The notes below the pieces were generated by a model, which saw only the letters and a program-made list of their open reading frames with translations, was not told the origin of the DNA and made no database searches. The position numbers were made by a program, and so were the translations under genes. This document shows, piece by piece, positions 30,775-41,438 of a stretch of DNA of 64,000 nt. The stretch covers positions 1,024,001-1,088,000 of the forward strand of contig OZ241907.1 of the NCBI GenBank assembly GCA_965203515.1, in the 5' to 3' direction. This DNA is from Spirochaetia bacterium (GTDB taxonomy: Bacteria; Spirochaetota; Spirochaetia; SZUA-6; Bin103). The stretch's first letter is position 1. The number at the start of each line of letters is the position of its first letter.

Positions 30775-33019
30775 CGCCCGAAGCTGCCGGAGCGCCGGCC
30801 CGGCTCGCAGCGCGCCACACCGTTTCGGCGTCGAGCGGCAGCGACGCGGGCTCCGCTCCGGTGGCCGCCCGGACGGCGTTGGCGGTCGCCGCCGCGCCCG
30901 CCACGATCGGCGGCTCGCCCACGCCGCGCGCGCCGTACGGCCCGTGCGAAGGCGTCTGCAGCAGGCGGGCGGTGATCGGCGGTACCGAGGTCGCCCGCGG
31001 CAGGCCGTAATCCATCAACGTGCCGGTCAGCAGCTGTCCGGCTTCGTCGTGGCGCAGCGCCTCGTGGAGGCCGATGCCCAACCCCTGCGCGGCGCCGCCG
31101 TGGAGCTGACCCTCGACGAGCAGCGGATTCATGGCGAAGCCGACGTCCTGCACGGACAGGTAGTCGGTCGGCCGGACCCGGCCGGTCTCCCGATCGACCG
31201 CCACGCGTACCACGTGCGCGACGAACACCGCGGCGCCGCCGCGTCCGGCGGCCCGGCCGCTCGCCTGAATCGGCCCCGTCCGTATGGAATCGGTACGCCG
31301 GATCGAATCGGTGCGGTCCGGGACCGATGGGCCGGCGCTCTGCGCGGCCTGCGCCAGCGCACCGATCGAGATCGCGCGGTCCGGCACGCCCGCGACCCGC
31401 ACCGCGCCGTCTGCGGTCTCCAGGTCTTCCACGGCCGCTTCGAAGTGGTCGGCCGCCAGGGCGAGGAGCTGGCGGCGAGCCTCGGCGGCGGCCTGCCGGA
31501 CGGCGTCGGCCGCCGAGCAGGCGATGTTGCTGCCGCCGGCGCTCGGTCCGTACGGCGCGCCGTCCGAATCGGCGATCCGCACCCGTATCTGCCCCGGATC
31601 GACGCCGATCTCCTCGGCGGCCACCAGGGCAAGCGACGAGTAGACGCCGGAGATGTCGACCGCGCCCAGCGTGATCACCACGGTCCCGTCGGGGTCGACG
31701 CGGCAGGCGGCGGCGCAGGGATCGACCAGCGGGATCCACCCGGCGATGGCGATCCCGACGCCGCTGTCCCCGACGCCGCTGTCCCCGGCGCCGGCGTCGC
31801 GGTCCGCGCGGCGGGACCGCCAGAGCGGATGCGACTCGACCGCTTCCAGGCACGCGAGCTGCCCGCCGGCGGGCCAGGGCGTGCCGTCCGGCTGCGGGTC
31901 GCCGGACCGCACCACGTTGCGCTTGCGGAGCTCCAGCGGGTCGATGCCGATCGCGTCGGCAAGGGCGTCGACCGCCGTCTCGAGCGCGAAGGTCGTCTGC
32001 GGCGCGCCCGGAGCGCGATAGGCGCCGGCGGCGTGCACGTTCGTGCGGACGTCGCGCCACCGGATGGAGAGGTGCGGCAGCCGGTAGCAGCCGGCCAGCC
32101 GGTTGGCGATGCCGGCTCCCATGCCGGCCGGGAAGGCGCCGTTGTCGAGGGTCAGCTCCGCGCGCAGCGCGGTGAACTGACCGCGGCGGTCGGCGCCCAG
32201 CTGCAGCTCGATCGCCATCGCCGGCGACGGCGTAGTGACCGCCAGATCGGTCGAGCGGTCGAGCACCAGCTTGACCGGCCGCTGCAGCCGCAGCGCCGCG
32301 GCGGCGGCCAACGGATCGATCAACCCGCCCTTGCCGCCGAAGCCGCCGCCCACGGTCATCGGTACGATGCGGACCGCGGCGGCCGGCAGTTCCAGGATGG
32401 AGGCGAGCCGCGCGCGCACGTCGAACTGTCCCTGGCATCCGGAATAGACGGTCACCCCGCCGCCGGCCGGGTCGGGGGCGGCGACCGCCGCGCACGGCTC
32501 CAGGTACCCCTGGTGCACGAACGGCGTGCGGCAGGTCCGCTCGACCACGTGGTCGGAGGCGCGGAGCGCCGCGCGAGCGTCGCCGCGGCGGTACTCGCCG
32601 GCGGCCGCCGGCGCCCCGTCCGCGCATCCGACCGCAGGCGGCAGCGGGTCGTAGTCGATCTCCACGAGCGCGGCGCCGTCGGCGGCGGCAGCGGGCGACT
32701 CGGCGACCACCAGGGCGACCGGCTGGCCGCAGAACGTGACGGCGCCGCGCGCCAGCACCGCCTCCTGCCGGGTCGCCGGCGGCGCAGCCGTCACCGGCAG
32801 ATCGACGGCGGTGAACACGGCCACCACGCCGGGGACCGCGCGCGCCGCCTCGACGCGCACGGCGCGCAGGCGGGCGTGCGCCGCGGCGCTCAACACCGGC
32901 TGCGCGTGCAGCATGCCGGCGAGCTGCACGTCGGCGGCGTAGCGGGCGGCGCCGCGCGCCTTGGCCCGCCCGTCGATTGCGGGCCGCCGACGGCCGAGAT
33001 AGCGATAGGGAGCGCTCAT
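30755..33019 (-). CDS. xanthine dehydrogenase-family molybdopterin-binding large subunit
   Basis: HQGYLEP, VGGGFGGK, AYRAPG, EGQLHGG..QGLG, GARGVGEPP. Confidence 0.93.
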   Translation of the reverse strand: MSAPYRYLGRRRPAIDGRAKARGAARYAADVQLAGMLHAQPVLSAAAHARLRAVRVEAARAVPGVVAVFTAVDLPVTAAPPATRQEAVLARGAVTFCGQPVALVVAESPAAAADGAALVEIDYDPLPPAVGCADGAPAAAGEYRRGDARAALRASDHVVERTCRTPFVHQGYLEPCAAVAAPDPAGGGVTVYSGCQGQFDVRARLASILELPAAAVRIVPMTVGGGFGGKGGLIDPLAAAAALRLQRPVKLVLDRSTDLAVTTPSPAMAIELQLGADRRGQFTALRAELTLDNGAFPAGMGAGIANRLAGCYRLPHLSIRWRDVRTNVHAAGAYRAPGAPQTTFALETAVDALADAIGIDPLELRKRNVVRSGDPQPDGTPWPAGGQLACLEAVESHPLWRSRRADRDAGAGDSGVGDSGVGIAIAGWIPLVDPCAAACRVDPDGTVVITLGAVDISGVYSSLALVAAEEIGVDPGQIRVRIADSDGAPYGPSAGGSNIACSAADAVRQAAAEARRQLLALAADHFEAAVEDLETADGAVRVAGVPDRAISIGALAQAAQSAGPSVPDRTDSIRRTDSIRTGPIQASGRAAGRGGAAVFVAHVVRVAVDRETGRVRPTDYLSVQDVGFAMNPLLVEGQLHGGAAQGLGIGLHEALRHDEAGQLLTGTLMDYGLPRATSVPPITARLLQTPSHGPYGARGVGEPPIVAGAAATANAVRAATGAEPASLPLDAETVWRAASRAGAPAASGATRPTG

Positions 33020-33050
33020 CGGGAACGCTGCAGAGGGTATACTCGACGCC

Positions 33051-34142
33051 ATGAGTACCCAAGCGCGCTTCCGCGCCGGCGCGATCGGCCATACCGGACG
33101 CGGCAACTTCGGGCACGGCCTGCACCTCGGCCTGGTGGGCGTCAGCGGCGTGCAGCCGGTGGCGGTGGCCGACCCGGATCCGGGCGGACGGGCCGCCGCG
33201 CAGCGGGACATCGGCGCCGCCAACGCCTACGCCGACTACCGGGAGATGCTGGCGAACGAGTCGCTCGACATCGTCGCCGTCTGCCCGCGCTACGTCGACC
33301 GGCACGAGGAGTTGCTCATGGCCGCCATCGACGCGGGGTGCCACGTCTACTGCGAAAAGCCGATGACCGCCGACCTGGCGACCGCCGACCGGGTGATCGA
33401 CGCCGCCGGCGCCAAGCGGCTCAAGATCGCCGTCGCCCATCAGAACGTCTACCTGCCGCAGCTGCAGGAGTTGCGCCGGCGGGTGGCGGACGGCCTGATC
33501 GGCACGCTGCAGGAGCTGCGCGGCACCGGCAAGCAGGACCGGCGCGGCGGCGGCGAGGACATGCTGGTGCTGGGCACCCACCTGTTCAACACGATGCGCT
33601 ACTTCGCCGGCGACGTCGCCTGGATCAACGGCCACGTCACCGTCGCCGGCCGCGAGATCGGCCCCGGCGACGCGCGCGAAGCGTCCGAGCCGATCGGCCT
33701 GATCGCCGGCGATGCGGTCACCGGCTACTACCGCTTCGCCGGCGGAGCGGTCGGCAGCTACACGTCGCGCGCGAACCAGCCGGGCGAAGGCCGCGGTTTC
33801 AGCCTGCAGCTGATCGGCGACCGCGGCAGCGTGGCGATGCGCGGCGCCGGCAACGACTTCGTGATCGCCCGCCACGACCACTGGGCGCCGTGGGACGGCA
33901 TCGACGGCTGGGACCCGCTCGACCTGGGCGCCTTCGAGCTTCACGAAGACGGCAATCGGCTGGCGGTCGAGGACCTGATCGCCGCCATCGATGAGGACCG
34001 CGAGCCGCTCTCCAGCGCGCGCGCGGCGCGCGCGGCGCTGGAGATGATCCACGGCGTGTACGCATCGCAGCTCGCCGGCGGGCGCGTGGCCGTGCCGCTG
34101 GGCGACCGCGGTCATCCGCTCGCGCGGCTGCGGGCCTGCTAG
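33051..34142 (+). CDS. Gfo/Idh/MocA oxidoreductase
   Basis: VAVADPD, HVYCEKPM, LGTHLF. Confidence 0.92.
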   Translation: MSTQARFRAGAIGHTGRGNFGHGLHLGLVGVSGVQPVAVADPDPGGRAAAQRDIGAANAYADYREMLANESLDIVAVCPRYVDRHEELLMAAIDAGCHVYCEKPMTADLATADRVIDAAGAKRLKIAVAHQNVYLPQLQELRRRVADGLIGTLQELRGTGKQDRRGGGEDMLVLGTHLFNTMRYFAGDVAWINGHVTVAGREIGPGDAREASEPIGLIAGDAVTGYYRFAGGAVGSYTSRANQPGEGRGFSLQLIGDRGSVAMRGAGNDFVIARHDHWAPWDGIDGWDPLDLGAFELHEDGNRLAVEDLIAAIDEDREPLSSARAARAALEMIHGVYASQLAGGRVAVPLGDRGHPLARLRAC

Positions 34143-35398
34143 CTTGGGGAGCTGGCCGGATGCGGACCGGCTGGCGGACCGGTCGGGCCGCCGAAGGCGC
34201 CGGCCGCGGCCAGATCGGCGATGCGTTCCGGCGAGTAGGCGAGCAGCTCGCGCAGGATGCCGTCGCGGTGCTCGCCGAGCGCGGGAGCGCCGGGACGGCG
34301 CGGCGGATCGTCGACGCCGGATATCTTGATCGGCGTGCCGGTCACGCGGAATCCGCCGGCGCCGGCCGCCTCCACGAGCATGTTGCGGGCCGCCACCTGC
34401 GGGTCGGCGGCCACGTCGGCGACGCCGGCCACCGGCGAGGCCGGCACGCCGGCCGCCTCCAGCGCCCTGAGCCAGCCGGCCGCGCCGCGCCGCGCCAGCG
34501 CCGCCTCCAGCGCCGCCTTCAGCGCGTCCCGGTGCTCGGTGCGCTCCGCGTTGCCGGCGAACCGCGGGTCGGACGCCAGCTCCGGCGCGCCCAGCACGTC
34601 GCAGAGGCGCCGGAACAGCCGATCGTTGCCGGCCGCGATCACGATCCGACCGTCGGCGGTGCGGAAGGTCTCGAACGGCGTGATCGACGGGTGGCGCGAG
34701 CCGAGCGGCGCCGGCTCGATCCCCGTCGCCTGGTACCGGGCCAGGGCGTTCTCCAGGATCGACACCACGCTGTCGAGCATGGCGATGTCGACGCGGGCGC
34801 CGCGGCCGCCCGCGCCGCCGCCGCGCTCGCGCCGCAGCAGCCCCGCCAGCACGCCGATCACCCCGTACAGGCCGCTGACGAGGTCGGCGACCGAGGTGCC
34901 GGCGCGCACCGTTTCACCCGACTCCGTGCCGGTGATCGACAGCAGTCCGGAGCGCGCCTGGATGATCATGTCGTAGGCCGGCTTGCCGGCGTCCGGGCCG
35001 GTGTATCCAAAACCGGACGACGTGACATATATGAGCCGGTCATTCAGGGCGCGAATCCGCTCCTCATCGAACCCCAGCCGCGCCAGCACCCCGGGACGGA
35101 AGCTCTCGATCAGGACGTCGGCCGAACGGAGCAGGTCGGCGAACACCTCCCGCCCCGCCTCCGTCTTGAGGTCGAGCGCGATCGAACGCTTGCCGCAGTT
35201 GAGGCTGACGAAGTAGCTGGAAGCGCCGTCCGGCAGGAACGGGCCGAAGCTGCGTGCGTCGTCCCCCTGCGGCGGCTCGATCTTGACGATCTGCGCCCCC
35301 AGGTCGCGCAGCACCATGGTGGCGAACGGCCCGGCCAGCACCCGCGTCAGATCGGCGACGACGATCCCGGCCAGCGGCCGCCGGTCGGGCGATCTCAA
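34139..35398 (-). CDS. CoA-transferase family III (CaiB/BaiF)
   Basis: DLTRVLAGP, KIEPP.GDDAR, GKRSIALDLK, YDMIIQA; TTG start overlaps the upstream stop. Confidence 0.93.
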   Translation of the reverse strand: MRSPDRRPLAGIVVADLTRVLAGPFATMVLRDLGAQIVKIEPPQGDDARSFGPFLPDGASSYFVSLNCGKRSIALDLKTEAGREVFADLLRSADVLIESFRPGVLARLGFDEERIRALNDRLIYVTSSGFGYTGPDAGKPAYDMIIQARSGLLSITGTESGETVRAGTSVADLVSGLYGVIGVLAGLLRRERGGGAGGRGARVDIAMLDSVVSILENALARYQATGIEPAPLGSRHPSITPFETFRTADGRIVIAAGNDRLFRRLCDVLGAPELASDPRFAGNAERTEHRDALKAALEAALARRGAAGWLRALEAAGVPASPVAGVADVAADPQVAARNMLVEAAGAGGFRVTGTPIKISGVDDPPRRPGAPALGEHRDGILRELLAYSPERIADLAAAGAFGGPTGPPAGPHPASSPS

Positions 35399-36222
35399 GC
35401 CAGACTCGCCGAGCACCGCCGGCAGAACTTGGCGTCGGGGTCGCTCTCCGCGGTGCCGCACGCCGGGCAGAGCCGCTTCTGGTTGCGGCTCAGCGCCAGC
35501 GAGATCTCCATGCTGACCAATCCGGTCGGCACCGCTATCAGACCGTACCCCATGATCATGATGAGGGCCGCCAGCGTCTGGCCGAGCGGGGTCTGCGGCG
35601 AGATGTCCCCGTAGCCGACGGTGGTCAACGTGACGATCGCCCAGTAGACGGAGATCGGGATGCTGACGAATCCGCTCTCATCCCCTTCGATCAGATAGAT
35701 CACCGACCCCACCACCACCACGATCGACAGCACCGCGAACAGGAAGACCGCGATCTTGCGGCCGCTGGCCTTGAGCGCGGCCACGATCAACTCGCCCTCG
35801 GCCACGTACTTGACCAGCTTGAGCACGCGGAACACGCGGAGCACGCGGAGCACGCGGACCACCAGCAGATAGTGGCCGCCCGGCAGCAGGATGCTCAGGT
35901 AGGTCGGCGCCAGCGCCAGCAGGTCGATGACGCCGAAGAAGCTGCGCGCATAGCGGAACCTGCGGGGAGCGGCGTAGAGGCGCAGCGCGTACTCGACGGA
36001 GAACAGGATGGTGAACGCCCATTCGGCCGCCGACAGCTCGTCGCCGACGGCGCGGCGTACCCGGGGCACGCTGTCCAGCATCACGGCCACGACGCTGCCG
36101 ACGATCGCCAGGATGAGCAGGATGTCGAACCCTTTGCCGGCCGGCGTGTCCGCCTCGAAGATGACGCGGTAGATGCGCTCCTGGAGCCGGCTCCGCCGCC
36201 GCCCGGCGGTCATCTCGGCCAT
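35395..36222 (-). CDS. voltage-gated potassium channel / ion transporter
   Basis: S4 RVLRVLRVFRVLKL, pore TTVGYGD, C-terminal CxxC..CxxC. Confidence 0.94.
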   Translation of the reverse strand: MAEMTAGRRRSRLQERIYRVIFEADTPAGKGFDILLILAIVGSVVAVMLDSVPRVRRAVGDELSAAEWAFTILFSVEYALRLYAAPRRFRYARSFFGVIDLLALAPTYLSILLPGGHYLLVVRVLRVLRVFRVLKLVKYVAEGELIVAALKASGRKIAVFLFAVLSIVVVVGSVIYLIEGDESGFVSIPISVYWAIVTLTTVGYGDISPQTPLGQTLAALIMIMGYGLIAVPTGLVSMEISLALSRNQKRLCPACGTAESDPDAKFCRRCSASLA

Positions 36223-36235
36223 CGGGTCAACCCTA

Positions 36236-37276
36236 TCACGCCCCGGCGGCGGCGCGTGGCCGGCGCTTGGCTTCGATCACCTGCGCCATGATCGCCAGCG
36301 CGATCTCGGCCGGCGAGGCGGCGCCGATCGCCAGCCCGACCGGGCTGCGGACGCGATCGATCGCCGCCGGCTCGAACCCGGCCTCCCGCAGGCGCCGGCG
36401 GCGCGCGGCGTGCGTGCGGGAGCTGCCGAGCGCGCCGACGTAGGCCGCGCGGCTCGGCAGCAGGTGCCGCAGGGCCGCGTCGTCGATCTTGGGGTCATGG
36501 GTGAGCAGCACCGCGTAGGTGTTCCGGGTAACCGGGCGCCGGCGGAGCACGCGATCGGGCCACTCGGCCAGCAGCTCGTCCGGCGCCGCCGTGAACCGCT
36601 CGCGCGCGGCGAACACTCGCCGCGGGTCGATCACCACCGTTCGGAAGCCGACCTCGCGGGCGAAGCCGATCAGGTGCACGGCGACGTGGCCCGCCCCCAC
36701 GATCAACAGCTCGTCGGGCCGCGGCAACAGGTGGGCGAAGGTCTCCTCGCCGGAGATCGCGAGCAGCGCGCTCTCCGGCGCGGCGGCGGCGAACTCGCAG
36801 GCGGCCACCACGGCGTCCGGCCCGGCGCCGCCGTCGGCGGCCCGCACGCGGCGCTCGTCGACGTCGATCAGGGCGTGCGCCGCGCCGCCGGCGCGCAGCC
36901 AGGTGAGCAGCACCGCCGGCCGCTGCCGCTCCAGGCCGTCGAGGATCGCTTCCCACAGGTCCCGGCCCGGCTCGTCCAGGTAGACCGACAGCCGGCCCCC
37001 GCACGACAACCCGACCGACCACGCGCGCTCGTCGTCGATGCCGTACTCCAGCCGGCCGGGGCCGCGTTCGCCGGCCAGCAGGCGCGTCGCCTCCTCGATC
37101 ACCGCCGCCTCGATGCAGCCGCCGCTCAGCGATCCGGCTACCTGCAGGTCCCCGGTGACCGCCATCGCCCCGCCGGGGCGGCGGGGCGCCGAGCCCCAGG
37201 CGGCCACCACGCGCGCCAGCGCGAACCGCGTGCCGGCACCGTGCCAGCGGCGCACCGCCGCCTCGATGTCGCGCAT
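36236..37276 (-). CDS. xdhC: XdhC/CoxF-family Moco insertion chaperone
   Basis: GSAPR..G, GSLSGGCIE, GLSCGG, YVGALGS, SPVGLAIGA.SPAEIA. Confidence 0.92.
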   Translation of the reverse strand: MRDIEAAVRRWHGAGTRFALARVVAAWGSAPRRPGGAMAVTGDLQVAGSLSGGCIEAAVIEEATRLLAGERGPGRLEYGIDDERAWSVGLSCGGRLSVYLDEPGRDLWEAILDGLERQRPAVLLTWLRAGGAAHALIDVDERRVRAADGGAGPDAVVAACEFAAAAPESALLAISGEETFAHLLPRPDELLIVGAGHVAVHLIGFAREVGFRTVVIDPRRVFAARERFTAAPDELLAEWPDRVLRRRPVTRNTYAVLLTHDPKIDDAALRHLLPSRAAYVGALGSSRTHAARRRRLREAGFEPAAIDRVRSPVGLAIGAASPAEIALAIMAQVIEAKRRPRAAAGA

Positions 37277-37428
37277 CTGCGCGTCAGACTACCGGACCGG
37301 GGGCCGTTTCGTCCCGTCCGGGGTTTTGCCGTCCCGCCCGAGTTGACAGCGGCGCGCGCGCGCCCCTACGGTCACGCAGGCTCACCGACGGCGCGGCGGC
37401 GCGGGCGGCGGCCCACCCTGATCCAGCG

Positions 37429-37929
37429 ATGCGATTGACCGGCGAATTCTCGTTCGAGGCGGCTCCCGAGGCGGTGTGGACGGCGCTCATGGACCCGGAC
37501 GTGCTGCGCTCGGCGCTGCCCGGCACCGATCGGATCGACCGGATCGACGACACCCACTTCGACGCGTCGTGGCGGGTCAGGCTCGGCCCGATCCGCGGCT
37601 CCTTCACGGGCGCCATCGTCCTCTCCGACGTCCAGCCGCCGGTCAGCTACCACATGAGCGCGTCCGGCCGCGGACCGATCGGCGTGGTCACCGGCGAGTC
37701 GGATTTCCGGCTGCGCGCCGAGGGCGGCGCCACCGTACTCGACTACGACCTGGAAGTGCGCGTCAGCGGGCGGCTGGCCGCCATCGGCCAGCGGCTGGTG
37801 GAGAGCTCGATGCGCTCGCTGGTGCGGGACGCGCTGCAGGGGCTGGCGGAGCAGATCCGCGCGCGCGTGGCCGGTGCCGGGAACGGCATCGGCGGCGGGA
37901 ACGACGCGGGCGGCGGGAGCGGCGCGTGA
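37429..37929 (+). CDS. coxG: CoxG-family (SRPBCC) protein
   Basis: [31 protein letters not shown]. Confidence 0.88.
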   Translation: MRLTGEFSFEAAPEAVWTALMDPDVLRSALPGTDRIDRIDDTHFDASWRVRLGPIRGSFTGAIVLSDVQPPVSYHMSASGRGPIGVVTGESDFRLRAEGGATVLDYDLEVRVSGRLAAIGQRLVESSMRSLVRDALQGLAEQIRARVAGAGNGIGGGNDAGGGSGA

Positions 37930-38423
37930 GCGACCAGCGCGCACCGGAACCGGTCACCGTCTCCATCACGATCAACGGCCGCCGCCAGCGGGCGCAGGTG
38001 GAGCCGCGCACGCTGCTGGTCCACTTCATCCGCGAGCAGGCGGGCCTCACCGGCACCAACATCGGCTGCGAGACCGGGCTGTGCGGGGCCTGCACGGTGA
38101 TGCTGGACGGCGCGGGCGTCCGCTCGTGCACGCAACTGGCCGCGCAGGCCGACGGCCGTTCGGTCACCACCATCGAGGGGCTGGCCGGCGACGGTGAGTT
38201 GCACCCGCTGCAACGGGCGTTCTGGGAGAAGCACGCCCTGCAGTGCGGCTACTGCACGCCGGGCATGATCCTGGCGGCGCTCGACCTGCTGCGGAAGAAC
38301 CCCGATCCGTCCGACGCGGAGGTGCGCGAAGCGCTCAAGGGCAATCTGTGCCGCTGCACCGGTTACCACAACATCGTCATCGCCGTGCGGCACGCCGCCG
38401 CGGTCATGGCGGGGGAGGCCTGA
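37926..38423 (+). CDS. coxS: 2Fe-2S small subunit (CoxS/CutS-like)
   Basis: [29 protein letters not shown]. Confidence 0.92.
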   Translation: MSDQRAPEPVTVSITINGRRQRAQVEPRTLLVHFIREQAGLTGTNIGCETGLCGACTVMLDGAGVRSCTQLAAQADGRSVTTIEGLAGDGELHPLQRAFWEKHALQCGYCTPGMILAALDLLRKNPDPSDAEVREALKGNLCRCTGYHNIVIAVRHAAAVMAGEA

Positions 38424-38424
38424 G

Positions 38425-39312
38425 CTGTACCCCGCGCCGTTTGCCTACCGCCGCGCCGAATCGCTGGCCGACGCCGTGGAGCTGCTGGAGCGCTGCGAGG
38501 ACGCCAAGCTGCTCGCCGGCGGCCACAGCCTGTTGCCGATGATGAAGCTGCGTCTGGCGCAGCCGGCAGTGCTGGTCGACATCGGCCGTCTGCCGCTGGC
38601 CGGCATCGACGCGTCGGCCGGCGGGCTGACGGTCGGCGCCCTGACCACCCATCACCGCGTCGCCGTCGCCGCGCCGGTGGCGGACCGCTGGCGCGCGTTC
38701 GCGGAGGCGGCGGCCGGCATCGGCGACCCGATCGTGCGCAACCACGGCACCGCCGGGGGCAACGTCGCCCACGCCGACCCGGCCTCCGACCTGCCGGCCG
38801 CGCTGCTGGCGCTGGACGGCGAGATCGGCGCAGCCGGCCCGGCCGGCGCTCGGCGCATTCCGGCGGACCGGTTCTTCCGGGGGCTGCTGGCCACGGCGCT
38901 CGAGCCGACCGAAATCCTCACCGATCTGCGGCTGCCGGCGCCGCGGCCGCGCACCGGCTCCGCCTATCTCAAGTTCGAACATCCCGCGTCCGGGTTCGCG
39001 GTATGCGGCGCCGCCGCCGTGATCGAGCTGGACGATGACGGCCGGTGCCGGCGGGCGCGCCTCTGCTTCAACGGCGTCACCGAGACGCCGCTCGACGCGG
39101 CCGCGGTCGCCGCGGCGCTGGCCGGCAGCGACCCGCACGACCGCGTCATCGCTCAGGCGGTCGCCGACTGCCTGAGCGTCGAGGACCCGCTGGCCGACAC
39201 CTTCGCGTCGGGCGAGTACCGCGCGCAGCTCGCTCGCGTCTATGGCCGCCGCGCGCTGCGCGCCGCGCGCGATCGCGCTCGCGGCGGCGGCATGGCGGCG
39301 GCGGGGCCATGA
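38425..39312 (+). CDS. coxM: FAD-binding medium subunit (CoxM/CutM-like); probable CTG start
   Basis: YPAPFAY, LLAGGHSLLPMMKLRLAQP, RNHGTAGGN.AHADPASD. Confidence 0.9.
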   Translation: MYPAPFAYRRAESLADAVELLERCEDAKLLAGGHSLLPMMKLRLAQPAVLVDIGRLPLAGIDASAGGLTVGALTTHHRVAVAAPVADRWRAFAEAAAGIGDPIVRNHGTAGGNVAHADPASDLPAALLALDGEIGAAGPAGARRIPADRFFRGLLATALEPTEILTDLRLPAPRPRTGSAYLKFEHPASGFAVCGAAAVIELDDDGRCRRARLCFNGVTETPLDAAAVAAALAGSDPHDRVIAQAVADCLSVEDPLADTFASGEYRAQLARVYGRRALRAARDRARGGGMAAAGP

Positions 39313-40247
39313 CGGCGCCGGCGCCTGACGTGCCGGGACCTGGGCGGACGCCGCGGCTCGACAGCGTCGACGCCGTGCGGGAGGCGATGGAGCGGTGCTC
39401 CTACGTGGCCGACCGCGACCTGGCCACCTGCGTGTTCCTGGCCGTGCAGCTCGACCGGCCGCTGTTCCTGGAGGGGGAGACCGGGGTCGGCAAGACCGAG
39501 ATCGCCAAGGTGCTGGCGTCGATCCTGGATGCCGATCTGATCCGCCTGCAGTGCTACGAGGGGCTGGACGTGTCGACCGCGGTCTATGAATGGAACTACG
39601 CGCGGCAGATCCTGCGCATCCGCATGCTGGAGGCGGCCGGCGAGGCGAGCGCCGGCCGCCTCCAGCATGCCGACATCTTTACCCGCGAGTTCCTGCTGGC
39701 CCGCCCGCTGCTGCAGGCGATCGACCCGGCGGTGACGCGCCGCCGGGTGCTGCTGGTCGATGAGTTGGACCGCGCGGACGAGGAGTTCGAGGCGTTTCTG
39801 CTGGAAGCGCTCTCCGACTTCCAGGTCACGGTGCCGGAGATCGGCACCTTCAAGGCGACCGAGCCGCCGGCGGTCATCATCACCTCCAATCGCACGCGCG
39901 AGGTGCACGACGCCCTCAAGCGGCGCTGCCTGTACCACTGGATCGACTTTCCCGACCTCGACAAGGAGTTGCGCATCGTGCAGCGGCGCATCCCGGAGGC
40001 CGCCGCCGCCCTGTCGGCGCAGGTGGTGGCGTTCGTGCAGGAGCTCCGTTCCCGCGAACTCTACAAGCGGCCCGGCGTCGCCGAGACCCTGGACTGGCTG
40101 CACGCGCTGCGCGCCCTGAGCGAACGGGAACTGGCCGTCGACGTGGTGGAACGGACCCTGGGGGTGCTGCTCAAGTATCAGGACGACGTGCAGTCGGTGC
40201 GCCCGGCGGTGACCGGCCTGGTCGAGCAGGCGCGCGCGAGCGCCTGA
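39309..40247 (+). CDS. coxD: MoxR-family AAA+ ATPase (CoxD-like)
   Basis: GETGVGKTE, LQCYEGLD, DELDRADEEFEAFLLE, HDALKRRC. Confidence 0.9.
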   Translation: MTAPAPDVPGPGRTPRLDSVDAVREAMERCSYVADRDLATCVFLAVQLDRPLFLEGETGVGKTEIAKVLASILDADLIRLQCYEGLDVSTAVYEWNYARQILRIRMLEAAGEASAGRLQHADIFTREFLLARPLLQAIDPAVTRRRVLLVDELDRADEEFEAFLLEALSDFQVTVPEIGTFKATEPPAVIITSNRTREVHDALKRRCLYHWIDFPDLDKELRIVQRRIPEAAAALSAQVVAFVQELRSRELYKRPGVAETLDWLHALRALSERELAVDVVERTLGVLLKYQDDVQSVRPAVTGLVEQARASA

Positions 40248-40265
40248 AACGCCGGAGCCGATCCG

Positions 40266-41438
40266 GTGGTCGGAGATCCGGTGGTCGGAGACCTGGTGGC
40301 CGCGCCGCATCTGCCGCGTTCGGCGCTGCTGTTCGCGCGCGTGCTGCGCGGCCTGGGCATGAGCGTCGCCACCGATGACGTGACCGCCTTCCTGCGGTCG
40401 ATGCAGGCGGTCGGCATCCGTTCGCGCGGCGACGCGCGCGCCGCCGCGCGCAGCCTGTTCACCACCAGCGTCACCCAGCGCGAGCGCTTCGACCGCGCCT
40501 TCGACCGGTTCTGGAGCCACCGGCAGCTACCCGCCTGGGAGGGACTGCCGCCCCCGGAGGTGGAGATGGAGCGGACGGCGATCGGCGCGGCGGCCGGCGC
40601 GGCCGACGGTTCGGAGGAGCCGGAACGCTCCGACCGGACGCTGACCTGGTCGGCTGCCGAGCGCCTCCGCCGCAAGGACTTCGGCGCCATGGACGACGCC
40701 GAGCTGCAACGATTGTACGATTTAGTTGACATGATGCGGGTCGAGCTGCCGGTACGGGCTGCGCGCCGCACGCGCCCTGCGCGCCGCGGCCATCTGATCG
40801 ACCTGCGCGGCTCGCTGCGCGCCGGCTTGCGGTCGGGCGGCGAGCTGACCCGGCTGCGCTGGCGGCGCCGCAAGCTCCGGCCGCGCCGCCTGATCCTGAT
40901 CTGCGATATCTCCGGCTCCATGGAGCGCTACAGCGGTGCGCTCCTGGCGTTCGTGCACGCCGCCGCGCGCGGCCTGCCGCGCGGCGAAGCGTTCGTCTTC
41001 GGCACGCGGCTGTCCCGTATCACCCGGCTTCTGACCGGCCGCCGAATCGCCGACGCGTTGCGCGCGGTAGCCGATCACGTGCTGGACTGGGGCGGCGGTA
41101 CGCGCATCGGCGAGGTGCTGCGCGACTTCAACTACCGCTGGGCGCGGCGCGTCCTGTCGGAGCGGGCGGTCGTCGTGCTGATCAGCGACGGCTGGGACCG
41201 CGGCGAGGCCGCGCTGTTGCGCGCCGAGATCGATCGGCTGCGCCGCAGCTGCGGGCAGTTGGTCTGGCTCAACCCGCTGGCCGGCTCGCCCGGCTTCGAG
41301 CCGCGCACGCGCGGCCTGCAGGCGGCCCTGCCGTTCGTCGACCTGCACCTGCCGGCGCACAACCTGGCGGCGCTGGAACGCTTCGGCGCCCTGTTGCAGT
41401 CGTTGGGGCTGCAGGCGCCGGGTGCGCGGGCGGCGTGA
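40266..41438 (+). CDS. coxE: VWA-domain CoxE-like protein
   Basis: CDISGSMERY, FGTRL, GGGTRIG, ISDGWDRG, WLNPL. Confidence 0.9.
   Translation: MVGDPVVGDLVAAPHLPRSALLFARVLRGLGMSVATDDVTAFLRSMQAVGIRSRGDARAAARSLFTTSVTQRERFDRAFDRFWSHRQLPAWEGLPPPEVEMERTAIGAAAGAADGSEEPERSDRTLTWSAAERLRRKDFGAMDDAELQRLYDLVDMMRVELPVRAARRTRPARRGHLIDLRGSLRAGLRSGGELTRLRWRRRKLRPRRLILICDISGSMERYSGALLAFVHAAARGLPRGEAFVFGTRLSRITRLLTGRRIADALRAVADHVLDWGGGTRIGEVLRDFNYRWARRVLSERAVVVLISDGWDRGEAALLRAEIDRLRRSCGQLVWLNPLAGSPGFEPRTRGLQAALPFVDLHLPAHNLAALERFGALLQSLGLQAPGARAA

Noticed and set aside
30755..33019. Calling the large subunit coxL (CO dehydrogenase)
   Set aside because: It lacks the AYxCSFR / AYxGAGR active-site motif.
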